Source of the DNA: Eutreptiella sp. 'Long Island Sound 2002'
Lineage: Eukaryota; Protista; Euglenida
Assembly: GCA_964036045.1 (NCBI GenBank)
Contig: OZ038378.1
Location: 187,674,001-187,738,000 of the forward strand
Direction of reading: 5' to 3'
Length of the DNA: 64,000 nt
Each line of letters begins with the position of its first letter. Positions within the stretch are counted from its first letter, which is position 1. This document shows, piece after piece, positions 1-10,557 of the stretch. The position numbers and the translations under genes were made by a program. A model generated the notes under the pieces. That model searched no databases. It saw nothing but the letters and a program-made list of their open reading frames with translations, and was not told the DNA's origin.

Positions 1-199
1 CAGGGTGGGACATAGCAGACGAGCTGCAGGGTCAAGGGCGGGGAAAGGGAAGATGGAAGCTAAGGGCAAAGGCGGTGTGTCAGTCAGTTGGAGGTCCCAT
101 TCTTCGCTGCCTGTGGAAAGTGTGCGGCAAACCTGAGTTGTTTGTGGGCCCCGTGCACCGTTGCCATTGCAGAACTGAGCCCTCTGCTCTTCGCGAGGG

Positions 200-2863
200 A
201 TGATGGAACCTGATGTTTCGAATGAACAACGCCGCCTGGTTCAACATCCAGGCACCCACAGCTGGGCTTTGGCGTGTGCAGCCTTTATCATAGGATGTTT
301 GGCCTCTGTCACCTGCGGTGCAATGTCGTGGAGCAGCTCGTCGGGCAACAGCAGCATCCAAACCTATGTCAGCACCAGTCTTCATCGCGTGGCCTCCATT
401 CCCAATGCTGTTCATGGCATGCCATTGAAGCACCGAAGACCACCAATCTCAAGCAGATTCGATCGCAACACCAGGACGGACCTGAGGTCGTCATCAACGA
501 CTCCCTTGCGGAGCTCTTCCAAGCGACCATTTGCCCAATGGCATGTTTCTACAGAACCAACCCAGCAGAATGAGGAACCGGTGTTCGGCATCCGAAGCGC
601 GCCTGCGTTGATGGTCTCTGCAGTCCTTGCCGCTTTTGTGGCCGCCTTAGGTTTGGAGTTGTGGCGGTCGAGATGGGCCATGGCCTCCGTGGGCGATGCA
701 CCAGAGGCATTGCCCCGGCGCCCGACTGGGACATTCCCCTTCGATGATGCCTCCAGACAAGCATTGGCAACCATCAAACACTCCGACAAAAACGTCGACG
801 GCGAAGTCTTCTTTGCGGAGCTGTTCTCGAACGCCTCCAACGCCACGCAGAAGTGTCTGGTTCCATACGCGACCGGCGTTTTCAAGGACGCCCCCAACAT
901 CGCCCTGCACACCGACCCAGACGCCAACACGCTTGTCCTGGAGGACGCCGGCTGCGGCATGTCGTACGAGGGCATGGCCTCCTCCCTTGGCACAGTGCCC
1001 CAACGGCCGTCCCATGGCTTTCATGCGGTGTTTACGGTCGCAGAGAGAGTGCAGGTGTACAGCTGCACGGGCCCCGGGCAGCCGTGCTATTTGTGGGAGT
1101 CCAGCGGGGACGAGGCCTTCTCCATCACCGAGGTCAATCGCTCGTTCCGGGGGACGAGGGTGGTGGTGCAGCTCAAGCCGGAGCAGCAGCGGTTTGCCTG
1201 CGCGGCCACTGTGGAAGCCCTCGTCACGAGGCACCTCAAGTTCGTCCAATGCCCCGTTTATTTGAACGGCAGGTGCCTGACGGCCGAATCGCTGCAGCAC
1301 AGCCCGCCCCTCCTCGACATCATCCGCAGCGCCCAACAGGCCGCCGCTCCCGAGGACGTCCCGATGCCCAAGGCCGTTCCCGCCGCGACCGTCCGCACGC
1401 TCTTCCCCGTGCTGGGGGTTGCGCTGCTGCTGCTGGGCGTCTTCTGGACGTCGGGGGGCATGGGCCCCATGGTATTGGAGCCCGACTTCGGGGTGGCGAC
1501 GATGCTGCTGGGCTCCGTCTCGGGGGTGGTGGCCCTCCTGTACCTCCTCAACCACCGCGAGGCAAACATGCAGTTCTACACGTGGCGGGTGCTGAGTGCG
1601 ACCATGTCCATCTTCTGCGCCGTGCTGTTCTACGAGGGCTTCCACGCCGTCTGGGAGCACTATTTCCTCGCGGAGGTGACCGTGCTGTTCGACTTCGGCT
1701 TCTACCTGGGCATCCTCCTGGCGCTGACGGTCGTCACGCAGGTTGTGATCTACTTCTCCTCTGGGGCGGCCCGGCGCCGCCCCCCGCAGGCCCGGGGTGC
1801 CGCCCCGTGGGACCGCGACCGGGCCAAGATGGACTCGGAGGCCAACGCCACGCTGCTGGGCCACATCACGGGCTTCGCCTCCATCCACGCCTTTTGCGAG
1901 ATGCAGCAGCTCCCGTTCTTCGCCGCCAGCCCCTGGACGTCCGCCCTAGCCATCCCGGTGGCGTACGCGGGGCTGACCGCCATCCGGCTGGTGACTAAAG
2001 GGGTCCGGGACTGGCACGTCGCCCGGGTGCGGCCTGACGGGGAGCGCGCGGCGTCCCTCGCGGCGTGGGCCGACGTGACGGAGGAGGCCGAGATCGAGTG
2101 CGCGGCTCTCACCGTCTCCTTCATGATCTCGCAGGCGGTGCAGTACGCGATCCGCGGCTTCCCGCCGGACCACGCGACGCACGAGCTGCGGTACATCCTC
2201 GTGGCGGAGCACAGCAGCCTGTTCCTGCTGGCGGCGCTGGCCTTCACGCCCGTCTTCTTCCTCCTCGACCGCCTGCAGGTGAGCATCGCGGCGGAGGAGA
2301 AGGGGCTGCGGGGGTTCGTGCTGCACAACGTCGAGGTGCTGGAGGAGGTGTGCTCCATGACGCAGGGGTGGCTGGTGGTGCGCGCCATCACCACGCAGCT
2401 GACGCTCGTCCCGTGGCTGGCCCAGCACGGCGTGCCCGCCCTCACCGCCGTGGGGCTGATCGTGACCACCTCCGCCTTCGGGTTCATCTGGCTCTTCGAC
2501 CGGCTGTTCCGGCGGGCGCGGTCCAAGGAGGTGGGCCGCGCCATGGGCTGCGTCATCCTCGCGACGGGCATCTCGGTGGGCTTCACGTGGGAGCAGGCGT
2601 TCGAGGCCGGCATCGAGACCGTGGCGGAGGGGCTGACGGTGCGGAACCAGCACTGGATGCAGCTCCTGCTGTCGCTCTTCCTGACGAGCATCGTGGTCCC
2701 CGCGTGGAAGCTCTACATCCTGCCGCGCGTGCACGTCCTGCGGAAGATCCATCGCGCTGCGGGCGGCGACGAGGCGCCGGAGGGCGGGCCCGCGCGCGCC
2801 AAGTCCTGGCCGAGATGGCTCACGCCTTGGCGCAGGGGCCCCCAGCCCGGCTATGCCGTGTAG
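200..2863 (+). CDS. Intronless 887-aa fusion: euglenid class I plastid presequence + degenerate HSP90 N-terminal (GHKL) domain + uncharacterised multi-pass membrane domain
   Basis: N-terminal TM (WALACAAFIIGCLASVTCGAM), S/T/R-rich spacer, second TM (LMVSAVLAAFVAALGLELW), then RSRWAMASV. HSP90-N motifs EVFFAELFSNASN, TLVLEDAGCGMS, GFHAVFTVAERVQV, YLWESSG, RGTRVVVQLK. Many hydrophobic segments from about nt 1395. Strong GC3 bias; acceptor-like CATTGCAG at 165-172. Confidence 0.85.
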   Translation: MMEPDVSNEQRRLVQHPGTHSWALACAAFIIGCLASVTCGAMSWSSSSGNSSIQTYVSTSLHRVASIPNAVHGMPLKHRRPPISSRFDRNTRTDLRSSSTTPLRSSSKRPFAQWHVSTEPTQQNEEPVFGIRSAPALMVSAVLAAFVAALGLELWRSRWAMASVGDAPEALPRRPTGTFPFDDASRQALATIKHSDKNVDGEVFFAELFSNASNATQKCLVPYATGVFKDAPNIALHTDPDANTLVLEDAGCGMSYEGMASSLGTVPQRPSHGFHAVFTVAERVQVYSCTGPGQPCYLWESSGDEAFSITEVNRSFRGTRVVVQLKPEQQRFACAATVEALVTRHLKFVQCPVYLNGRCLTAESLQHSPPLLDIIRSAQQAAAPEDVPMPKAVPAATVRTLFPVLGVALLLLGVFWTSGGMGPMVLEPDFGVATMLLGSVSGVVALLYLLNHREANMQFYTWRVLSATMSIFCAVLFYEGFHAVWEHYFLAEVTVLFDFGFYLGILLALTVVTQVVIYFSSGAARRRPPQARGAAPWDRDRAKMDSEANATLLGHITGFASIHAFCEMQQLPFFAASPWTSALAIPVAYAGLTAIRLVTKGVRDWHVARVRPDGERAASLAAWADVTEEAEIECAALTVSFMISQAVQYAIRGFPPDHATHELRYILVAEHSSLFLLAALAFTPVFFLLDRLQVSIAAEEKGLRGFVLHNVEVLEEVCSMTQGWLVVRAITTQLTLVPWLAQHGVPALTAVGLIVTTSAFGFIWLFDRLFRRARSKEVGRAMGCVILATGISVGFTWEQAFEAGIETVAEGLTVRNQHWMQLLLSLFLTSIVVPAWKLYILPRVHVLRKIHRAAGGDEAPEGGPARAKSWPRWLTPWRRGPQPGYAV

Positions 2864-2890
2864 CAGTCTGGTCGCGCCTGGGCTGCGCCA

Positions 2891-3208
2891 GGGGGGGGGG
2901 GGGGGGGCTGTGGACAGAGGTGTGTGGACAGCAAAAACAGTCAAACGACCCCGGCAACAACCAGCACATCCTCAATACGCCAATTATTGGGCGCCGCTGA
3001 CACGCAAACGGCACGCCATGCCACATTCAGCACAGCCCCAACACACCAACTACTGGGCTCCGCGAACGCGGAAACGACACCAGCAAGAGCATCGGCCGCA
3101 GCGGCCGACAGAAAGTAGCGACCCGACGCAACATGCGAAGGGAAGAACGGGTGACCGTCCAGGGCCCCTTAAAGGAGCAACAGCCCGACGGAATGTCACA
3201 CAGGGGGG
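2891..3208 (+). repeat. Interspersed repeat bounded by G-runs with an internal ~66-bp diverged duplication
   Basis: G-run at 2891; two related units CAGCACA..CAATACGCCAATTATTGGGCGCCGC (2962) and CAGCACA..CAACACACCAACTACTGGGCTCCGC (3028); ends in CACACAGGGGGG. From memory it resembles a very abundant Eutreptiella repeat (not verified). Confidence 0.55.
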
Positions 3209-3371
3209 CCTTGTATGCAAGCCGCCACCCCCTCCCCCTCCCCAGCCCGGGAACTGGATGGGACTGGCCGAGAGGCACGAGCACATATGGAACTGAGATG
3301 GCGACGAAGGCCGTGAGTGGAGCTTCGTGGCGGGTCCACACCTGACCTTTGAGCCCTCCCCCCCCCCCAGC

Positions 3372-3970
3372 CCCCGGGGTTTTGAGCGACTCCTGGGCCG
3401 TAGGTAGCGGCGGGATCGGCCCCAACCGCCCCCCCCCCCCCTCCCCGACGGGACTGAGGTCAAGGTATTTGGGTGGGATGTGTCACTGCGGTGCCATGGG
3501 AGTGTCAGGATGACAGTTGAGCCTGACCTGGGTGGGCCCAGTGGGGCCAGCCAAAGCATTGGACTTCGCAGTACTGCTGGACTAATGGCTGGAATTGTCT
3601 ATGGCGGGGACATTCAGTCTATCGGAACCGACCATTGATCCCCCAGCCAAAGCACGCCCGCATCAGGCGTGACCTCTGACCAGGATGCACGCGTGACTCT
3701 GTAGATGTAGAGTCCGAGCAGCCGCAACCCCAGCCATTCAGAGAGGGAGAACACCCCAGAACACATCGGTGGACCTGAGTGGACTGGATGCGACCAGCGT
3801 GGACAGCAGGCGAGGAAAGTCGCGGGGAGCAGGCGCGGCCGGAGCCCAATGCGGACATTGCAACCTGACCATTGAGGCCCCAACCCCCGGGTTTTGAGCG
3901 ACTCTTGGGCCATGGGTTGCAGCGGGACCGGTTCCATGTGTCACTGGGGTGCCATGGGAGTGTCAGGATG
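3372..3970. repeat. Diverged direct repeats (fragments of a repeat family)
   Basis: CCCCGGGGTTTTGAGCGACTCyTGGGCC at about 3372 and 3886; TGTGTCACTGsGGTGCCATGGGAGTGTCAGGATG at about 3479 and 3937. Confidence 0.6.
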
Positions 3971-4899
3971 TCGCGCGGGGGGGGGGGGGGGGTCAAGGAT
4001 GGGGCTGATGGGGGGTGTCAGGGCTCTCTCGGGGAGATGTTAGAGGCGGAAGGTCGCTTCCACCATTTTGCTCCAATTCACGATTCGGAGACCCGAAGGA
4101 GGGAAAGTGCCATTCCAGCGTCTACCGACAGCAGCGGGGGACCGTTGCTATCCCGGTCGCATGCGTGCGTGCGCCCTGTAGACGCTTCCCTGGGTGCACA
4201 GCCTGTGCATGTGGATCGCAGCAGGCACATATTCCGCAACGATGTGATGTGGTTGTACTGTTTGCCCCCCATTCTTCATCCTTAGCTTGGGTGGGGCCTG
4301 GATGCATAACTCCTCAGGCAGGTCTTGAATTTTGGCCCTTGAACTGTTGATTTTCACTCCCATGGAGGAGGGGATGAGATTGAGGGGTACGCATTGTGCT
4401 GTTGGAAGCACACCGCCACCTTTTGTGGTGACTGAAATGAAGATTATTGTGCAGAGTGTCTTGACCCACACATTTGAGGGGCAAAACTGACTCTTCGGCT
4501 GAATACATGTCACGTGTCTTGAGCAAGGTGTATCCTCAGCTTTTGTCGTATGCGGCATGCTTTGCAGGGAAGGATTTAGGGTTGATTCTGGTCTGCTTTT
4601 GGGGGCTTCTCTAGGGCAGGGCAACAGTGGGGCTACAGTTGATATACTTGGTAGCACAAACGTAGCACACCTGGCAAACACTTCTCCACGTCCGGGTTTG
4701 CACAGTAGAGGTGCATTTGGGGCAGGTGGAGGACATAGCATAGGTCTTCCTGACTCGATTCTGGGGAGGGGTGTGACAGATGGCCTTACCAACTGATGGT
4801 CTTTACTGCTGCTGGAGGGAGTTATGGGCCCGGAGTGCATGTGACTTTTCAAGACCCACCCCTTACGCCCCCTCCTGTGCCACAAGGTGCTGCAGTTTG

Positions 4900-5250
4900 G
4901 GGTTTCCAGATAGAGTTTGGGGACAAACAACAGTATTGTGCAGCGCGTGTGTGATACCATGAAAATCCCCCAGCATAGTGTACTTTTCACCCAGCAAGGT
5001 ATCCAGCTTGAGCTTGCATGTGTGTATGCCTGATATGTTCTGGTGGAACGAGGGAAGGTGCTGTTGGAGAAGTGACTTTTGGGGGGCAATTCAACGTGTG
5101 CCACAGTCGCATAGACAACACGAAAGACACAGACGACACGCAAGACACAGTGGCAGAAACGCTGAACAGGTACGCTTCGTTTTTTGGTGGATCCCATCAC
5201 CCAAAAGTCAACACAGAGACCGTTGAGAAAGGTTTTGTGAGGGTGTCTTT
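4900..5250 (+). pseudogene. Decayed APE-type endonuclease of a non-LTR retrotransposon (tentative)
   Basis: Interrupted reading LFTQQGIQLELACVYA*...LLGG then, after a frameshift, FNVCHSRIDNTK; resembles the VYAP and GDFN motifs of APE endonucleases. Contains stops and a frameshift. Confidence 0.4.
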
Positions 5251-8200
5251 CATTGCTGCTTCAGCGCATGCTACAAGCTGCGTTAGCACATGCCAAAGGG
5301 CAGTATCTTTGTGCATTTTGCACTCCTTCTTTTCTGAAAATACCTCACCCTTCCTTATGGTGCCAAAGGCTAAGCCAAGCCAAAGGCAACTGCTGCAGCT
5401 GCAGCTAAGCAGGGTGTCATTTTCTTGGACCTTACTGCATCGCTTGCGAAGAATGCAGCACCCCCCCCCACTGCCCACCCTCCCTTCCTCAGGGCCATCA
5501 GCACCCTCATCATCACCCTTAAGGCGAAGCCTTTGTTGGAGAGCTTGCCGGAGTGTTTTTTGAGAATGTGGACCTCAAGCTTGCCGAGACAGAGAAGCAA
5601 CACTGGCCAGTGTCCGGGTGTGCACCAGCAGCAGTGGCACCTGAAGCTAGAGGGTCCCCAGTGTGCTACCATTGGTGTCGGTGGTGGCCATGAAGCCATT
5701 GGGATTGTTCACTACATACACTACAAGCCCAGGGGCAGGGGGGGGGGGACTCAAACTCGGCCCGATCATGTTGTGCTTTGTACCAGTACGTGGAAGAAAA
5801 AGTGGTAAAAGTGGTGCGACCTGAGTGTTTGTTCTTAAATCTTGCGTAGAATAGTACGTATGGAACAATGGTGGGCATCTTGTACATGCATATTTCATGA
5901 CCGGAAGGATAATCACCCAGGTCATGATCTGCACACATATTTCATGAAGGCTGTTCAGCCCTACACTGCTTTTCATGGGGGAGCACGTGATGCGGCGCAC
6001 ACACCGCGCAGCGATTTAGCCGTTTGGCCTGACCAAGCAGCTGTAGATTGACTGGTGGCTTGGCCGGAAGAGCTATAGTTTCTCTCCGCTATTGGGACAA
6101 GGGTAGGGAAAATCGACAATATGGCAAGGAGACTCCAAACTAGGATGGTAGTTGCTACAAAGAGGCCATCTTATGTATTTTCACCTTGGGAGGCGCCGGA
6201 TAGGGCAAGACGGAGGGATGTTTACATAGGTCTTGTACCCAAGGGTTTGCTCTCCATAGCTTGGGGTGCACTATTCGCACACGTAGCGCCGTAAACGTGG
6301 TGCGTGCAAGTGCGAAAGTGCCGTAAACACCACGGAGGTTTCCATTAAGTGTAGGGATTGCCAAAGGGGGGATAGTAGGCGATTTGGCACATTTCTAACG
6401 TAAGTGTCAAGAGTATCGGAGGGGAAGCAGTAAGGAAGCAGTGATATTTGAACCCCTAGAGACTACACCCCTCCTTGGATCCCTGTCTGCCGGAGAAGGG
6501 CGGAGATGGACAAATTGGAAGGAACTTGTATAGTCCTCTTGTTGCATCATGCTCATATGGAGGTTAAGTCAAAAGCTTTCCACACAAGCCTAACGGGACA
6601 CACTAGTGAACACCACCAATGGGCAGGGGGGGGATCATTCTGTAGTGGCATTTACAGCGTTGGCGCCGTAAATGTTTATGGTGTTGGCGCCGTAAAATGA
6701 GAGGGGTCATTTTCTTATGATTATTGCGACAATGGGGTTTTTGTGGCAGTGCCCTTCACCAGCACTAGCCAGAAAATTTCCGGGTGCATCGAAACACGGC
6801 GACAAATGTTAAAACTTCAAACTGCACAAACAGCCATATGCAGGGGTCATGAAAATATGGGGGTGATCTCAAAAGGTTTCAACACCAGCCTAAGAGGATC
6901 CAACAGTTGAAACTGTTAGGTTGTCTTTTTGGGGGTGGTTTGAAACGGGCCGTAAGAGCCAGAAATTCTTCCAAGTGGGGAGCCCCCCAGTCTCACTGCA
7001 GTGCACCACCTTCCTAAATCTCTTGGTTCCGATGATTATTGTGACAATGGGGTTTTGTGGCACTGCCTATCATCAGCACCAATGACAAATGTGACCAGCA
7101 TTTTCGCAGGGAGAATGGAAGCAGAATCTCTACACCGAAAATTACAAAGAGGTGATATTTTGACAGGCCGTTTGAACTGCAGAGATCAATATTTCCTTCC
7201 TTGCAGTTGTCCAAATAGATAGAAACCTTGCCTCTGGTTCGCAAATTACATCTTGCACCTATCCTTCTCTTTTTTGTTTCTTTTTCTACATTCATCCGGG
7301 GCTGCCAATGAACCATCATACCATATGTGAACAAGGCCCAGGGTGTGACATATTGGTACAACACGTTGCTAGAACCGTGTTTTTCAGGTAAATTTTGGTG
7401 TAGAGAAAATGGAAAATTTGACCGAGGTTCGTCAATGTTTATGGCGCCGGCGCCGTAAATTTTCCGTTGGTTCCCCATTGGTGATTGAGGGGGTTAGAGC
7501 CCTCTCACACACATGTTTTCCAAAAGTGTGTATTTTTTACGGCGCCCTAGGTTTGGGGGTTTACAGCTGTATCTGTGCGCATAGTGCACCCCAAGCATAG
7601 GGTGGCATTTTGGGAGGGGGTAACAGCCAACCCATTCCGGGGGAAAGTAGCGTGCAGATACTCCCCCCATGCATTGGCCTTCCTGTCTTATTGTTCTTTT
7701 GATTGTTTCCTGATTGCTGATTGTTTGATCATTTCCTGTGTCAATCTTTCTATTGCCGCTGGTCACTTCCCTTTGGGCTGTATCAGCAACCATCCAAATG
7801 CCACCAAAAAGTAACATTAAGAATCCAAGTGCCACCAAAAATGAATAGTAACCATCCAGTTGCCACCAAGAATTAACAACAACAACCCAGATGCCACCAA
7901 AAATTGACAGCACCCATGCCAGAGAACACCTATGTGCACCAAAAATGCCATACCAGACCCTTGAAAAGGCAACATGCAGGGAACTTCTCATGCAATTATA
8001 CTTCCTAGTGGCACCTCATGTCAACTTTCAGCAATGTACACCTCCAATAACCCTCGTGCATCACAGGATGGTTGGTTTTCCCCCCATTTAGTGTGTTGGT
8101 AAAACTGTCGTACCTCGTATTTCCGGGTGGAAAAGTTCAAAAATTGATCATGTCATCAATTTCGCCCCCCCCCCCCCCAAGCCCAGCAACAGACATAATG

Positions 8201-8959
8201 TGTTGAGCAGATGACAACTCAGTTTGAGCTTGCCCCACCTCTGTCTTTTCCTGGGAGTACCGTATTCCTGCAGAACCGAAATGATCAGCATATTTCTTGG
8301 ATCTATTTTCTGGCCCCTGCAGGAAAAACTCAGGCTGGACTGCCATCGTGCTGTTGCCTCAGTCAAAGGATCCAAGAGGCCTGTCCGCCAAAGCCAGGCC
8401 TTTTTTTTCCTTTCAGGTTTTAGTGACAAGGATGACGATGCTCCAGCCCTGTTTCGTTCTGCCGCAACTCACCCCGCCCATCGCACTCGCTCGCGAGCAA
8501 CTGATGGTGCAAGCCGGCCCAAGTTCAGGTCCAAGTCCAGTTGTCCTGCCTGGCATTGTGGTCAGCAACAGCCATGGGACACACTCAGCAAGTGGGCAAA
8601 ATGCCAAAAAAAAAAACTAATATCGGTACCTTGAACATGCAAAGGCAATTTTCGGGCAATTTTGGCACCAAGGCTTGCCAATCACCACTTCTGTTCCAAT
8701 TTTGGGGGGGGCATGTGCAGGGTCTACAGGGGCTTGTGGACCCCTTAATGTGCGCTTCACTCCAATCACCCACAGGAAGAGGAGAGATGCGGCCCGAAAT
8801 GGCACCATCATGCTTCTTTTTTTGTGGCCTCCTCACTAAGATGAGGACCGGCCAGCACATGTACAGGAATGAAGGGTCCTCGTCAAGGGACGGTCTCTTA
8901 ATCTAGGCCAAAACAAACTCATTTGTACACTTGACCCACCAGTGGGCCGCTTTGAATAC

Positions 8960-9140
8960 ACGGGGTGACTTGGTCGTTTTGATGCACTGTGCGTTGCAGT
9001 CCCTGATACGGCAGGGGTGATGTAGCCACATCACTCCGCTTCACTTTGGAGACCAAAAGACAACAGGGGTGATGTAGCTCCCTTGATGGTCTCCGCTTTG
9101 GAGACCACGAGACGGCAGGGGTTGCAGTGTTGGCAATGTG
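8960..9140. repeat. Decayed tandem-unit repeat family with GGCAGGGGTGATGTAGCC core
   Basis: Core seen at about 9010 and 9065; related copies at about 41742, 41797 and 60237. Confidence 0.55.
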
Positions 9141-9252
9141 ATTTTCAATGGCCTTTCCTCCCTGTGTTGATCTCCTCTGCGCAGTGCATGTGTTCATTTT
9201 TCTGCGAAAGCCGTTCGTTTCCCAACCGCTAAGCCGCGGCCTGTGCTACGCA

Positions 9253-10557
9253 ATGGCACGTCGGGCTCTGGACGTCGTGGTCTACGGCGCAAGTGGATTC
9301 ACAGGGCGCCTCGTTGCACAATACCTGGCGTCCCGCGCACCCACACTCCGGCTCGGTCTTGCAGGCCGCAGCCTGGAACGCCTGCGTGCGACCCGTGACG
9401 AGGTGGCGGCGGTGACAGGGAACAGCGAGTGGCGCCCCGCTCTTCTGTCCGCCTCCGCAGACGACGATGCAGCCCTTTGCCGCGTGGCCGCCAGCACTTC
9501 GGTGGTACTGTCCACCGCGGGCCCCTTCACGTTGTGCGGCACTCCGGTCGTGAAGGCCTGCGTGGAGGAGGGAACCGACTACGTCGACGTCAATGGCGAG
9601 GTGCCGTGGATGCGGCAGCTGGTGGACCGCTTCGATGGCCCCGCTTCGGCGAAGGGTGTGCGCATCGTCCCGAGCTGCGGCTACAGCGTGCCCTCGGACC
9701 TCGGCACCCTCTTCACGGTGCACGCGCTGGCGCGGCGCTATGGCGAGCGCGCGCGCGACGTGCGCGGCTACATGCAGTTCCACGGGCGGCTGAGCGGCGG
9801 CACATTGGCCACCGGGCTGCTGCTCGACGCCGCGCCCCCCGACGTGCAGGCGCGCCGCCGCGACCCTTTCGCGCTCGGGGGGATGCCGTCCGGAGGGGCC
9901 CGGCCGGAGGACGCCGACGCGGCGGCCGCGGCGTTCGACGCGACCGTCGGGTGCTGGACGGCGCCGTTCTGGATGGCACCCATCACGTCGCGGGTGGTGC
10001 GCCGCTCGCACGCCCTCTTCCGTGAGGCGGCTGGCGCCCGCAACGTCGGCTGTGGTTATGGCCCTGCCTTCGGGTACCGCGAGCTGGCGCTTGCAAAGGA
10101 CGAGAGTGTGGCGCGCAACCTCGCGACGCCCCTCCCGCAGCCGGAGCGGCGCGCGCGGCTGATCGCGCAGGGTCGGCTTCCGTCGCCTGGGCAGGGCCCC
10201 TCGGCAGAAATGCGCGCGAAGTCGTGGTTCCGACTGTTCCTGGTTGGACACAGCGACAGCGGCCGCGCAGTCCTGGCGGAGGTCAGTGGTGGCGACCCCG
10301 GATACACCGAGACGAGCAAAATGGTGAGCGAGGCGGCACTCCTCCTCGCGCTCCGCCGGGACGAGCTGCCCTCGCTGCAGCGCGGTGCGGGGGCTACGGG
10401 GCCCGGGGGCGACGGAGGCGTGCTGACGCCCGCGTTCGCGCTCGGGCTCCCTCTGCTGCGGGCCCTTCACGAGGGCGGGATCCGTTTCCGCGAGCACGAG
10501 GAGACGGAGCCGCACCGCATCGCACAGTACGTGCAGGAGGCGCTCGGGTGCGGCTGA
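9253..10557 (+). CDS. Saccharopine dehydrogenase-like oxidoreductase / trans-acting enoyl reductase family (SCCPDH-like), intronless, 434 aa
   Basis: Rossmann motif VVVYGASGFTG, STAGPF, YVDVNGE, SCGYSVPSDLG, SGGTLAT, GGDPGYTETSKMVSEAAL, GVLTPA. ATG 9253 preferred over 9148 because a pyrimidine-rich CAG acceptor lies at 9182-9184 and recognisable homology begins just after 9253. Confidence 0.9.
   Translation: MARRALDVVVYGASGFTGRLVAQYLASRAPTLRLGLAGRSLERLRATRDEVAAVTGNSEWRPALLSASADDDAALCRVAASTSVVLSTAGPFTLCGTPVVKACVEEGTDYVDVNGEVPWMRQLVDRFDGPASAKGVRIVPSCGYSVPSDLGTLFTVHALARRYGERARDVRGYMQFHGRLSGGTLATGLLLDAAPPDVQARRRDPFALGGMPSGGARPEDADAAAAAFDATVGCWTAPFWMAPITSRVVRRSHALFREAAGARNVGCGYGPAFGYRELALAKDESVARNLATPLPQPERRARLIAQGRLPSPGQGPSAEMRAKSWFRLFLVGHSDSGRAVLAEVSGGDPGYTETSKMVSEAALLLALRRDELPSLQRGAGATGPGGDGGVLTPAFALGLPLLRALHEGGIRFREHEETEPHRIAQYVQEALGCG

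Noticed and set aside
647-2944. Long antisense and alternate-frame ORFs (647-1888, 1750-2691, 1946-2944, 853-1998)
   Set aside because: These are shadows of the GC3-rich gene at 200-2863 and have no recognisable motifs.
4148-5200. 350-aa minus-strand ORF
   Set aside because: No recognisable domain or codon bias; the opposite strand has the better, though decayed, endonuclease-like signal.
9190-9206. Weak SL-like word GTGTTCATTTTTCTGCG upstream of the SCCPDH-like gene
   Set aside because: Only 13 of 17 positions match, mostly T, so it cannot be distinguished from an ordinary pyrimidine tract.
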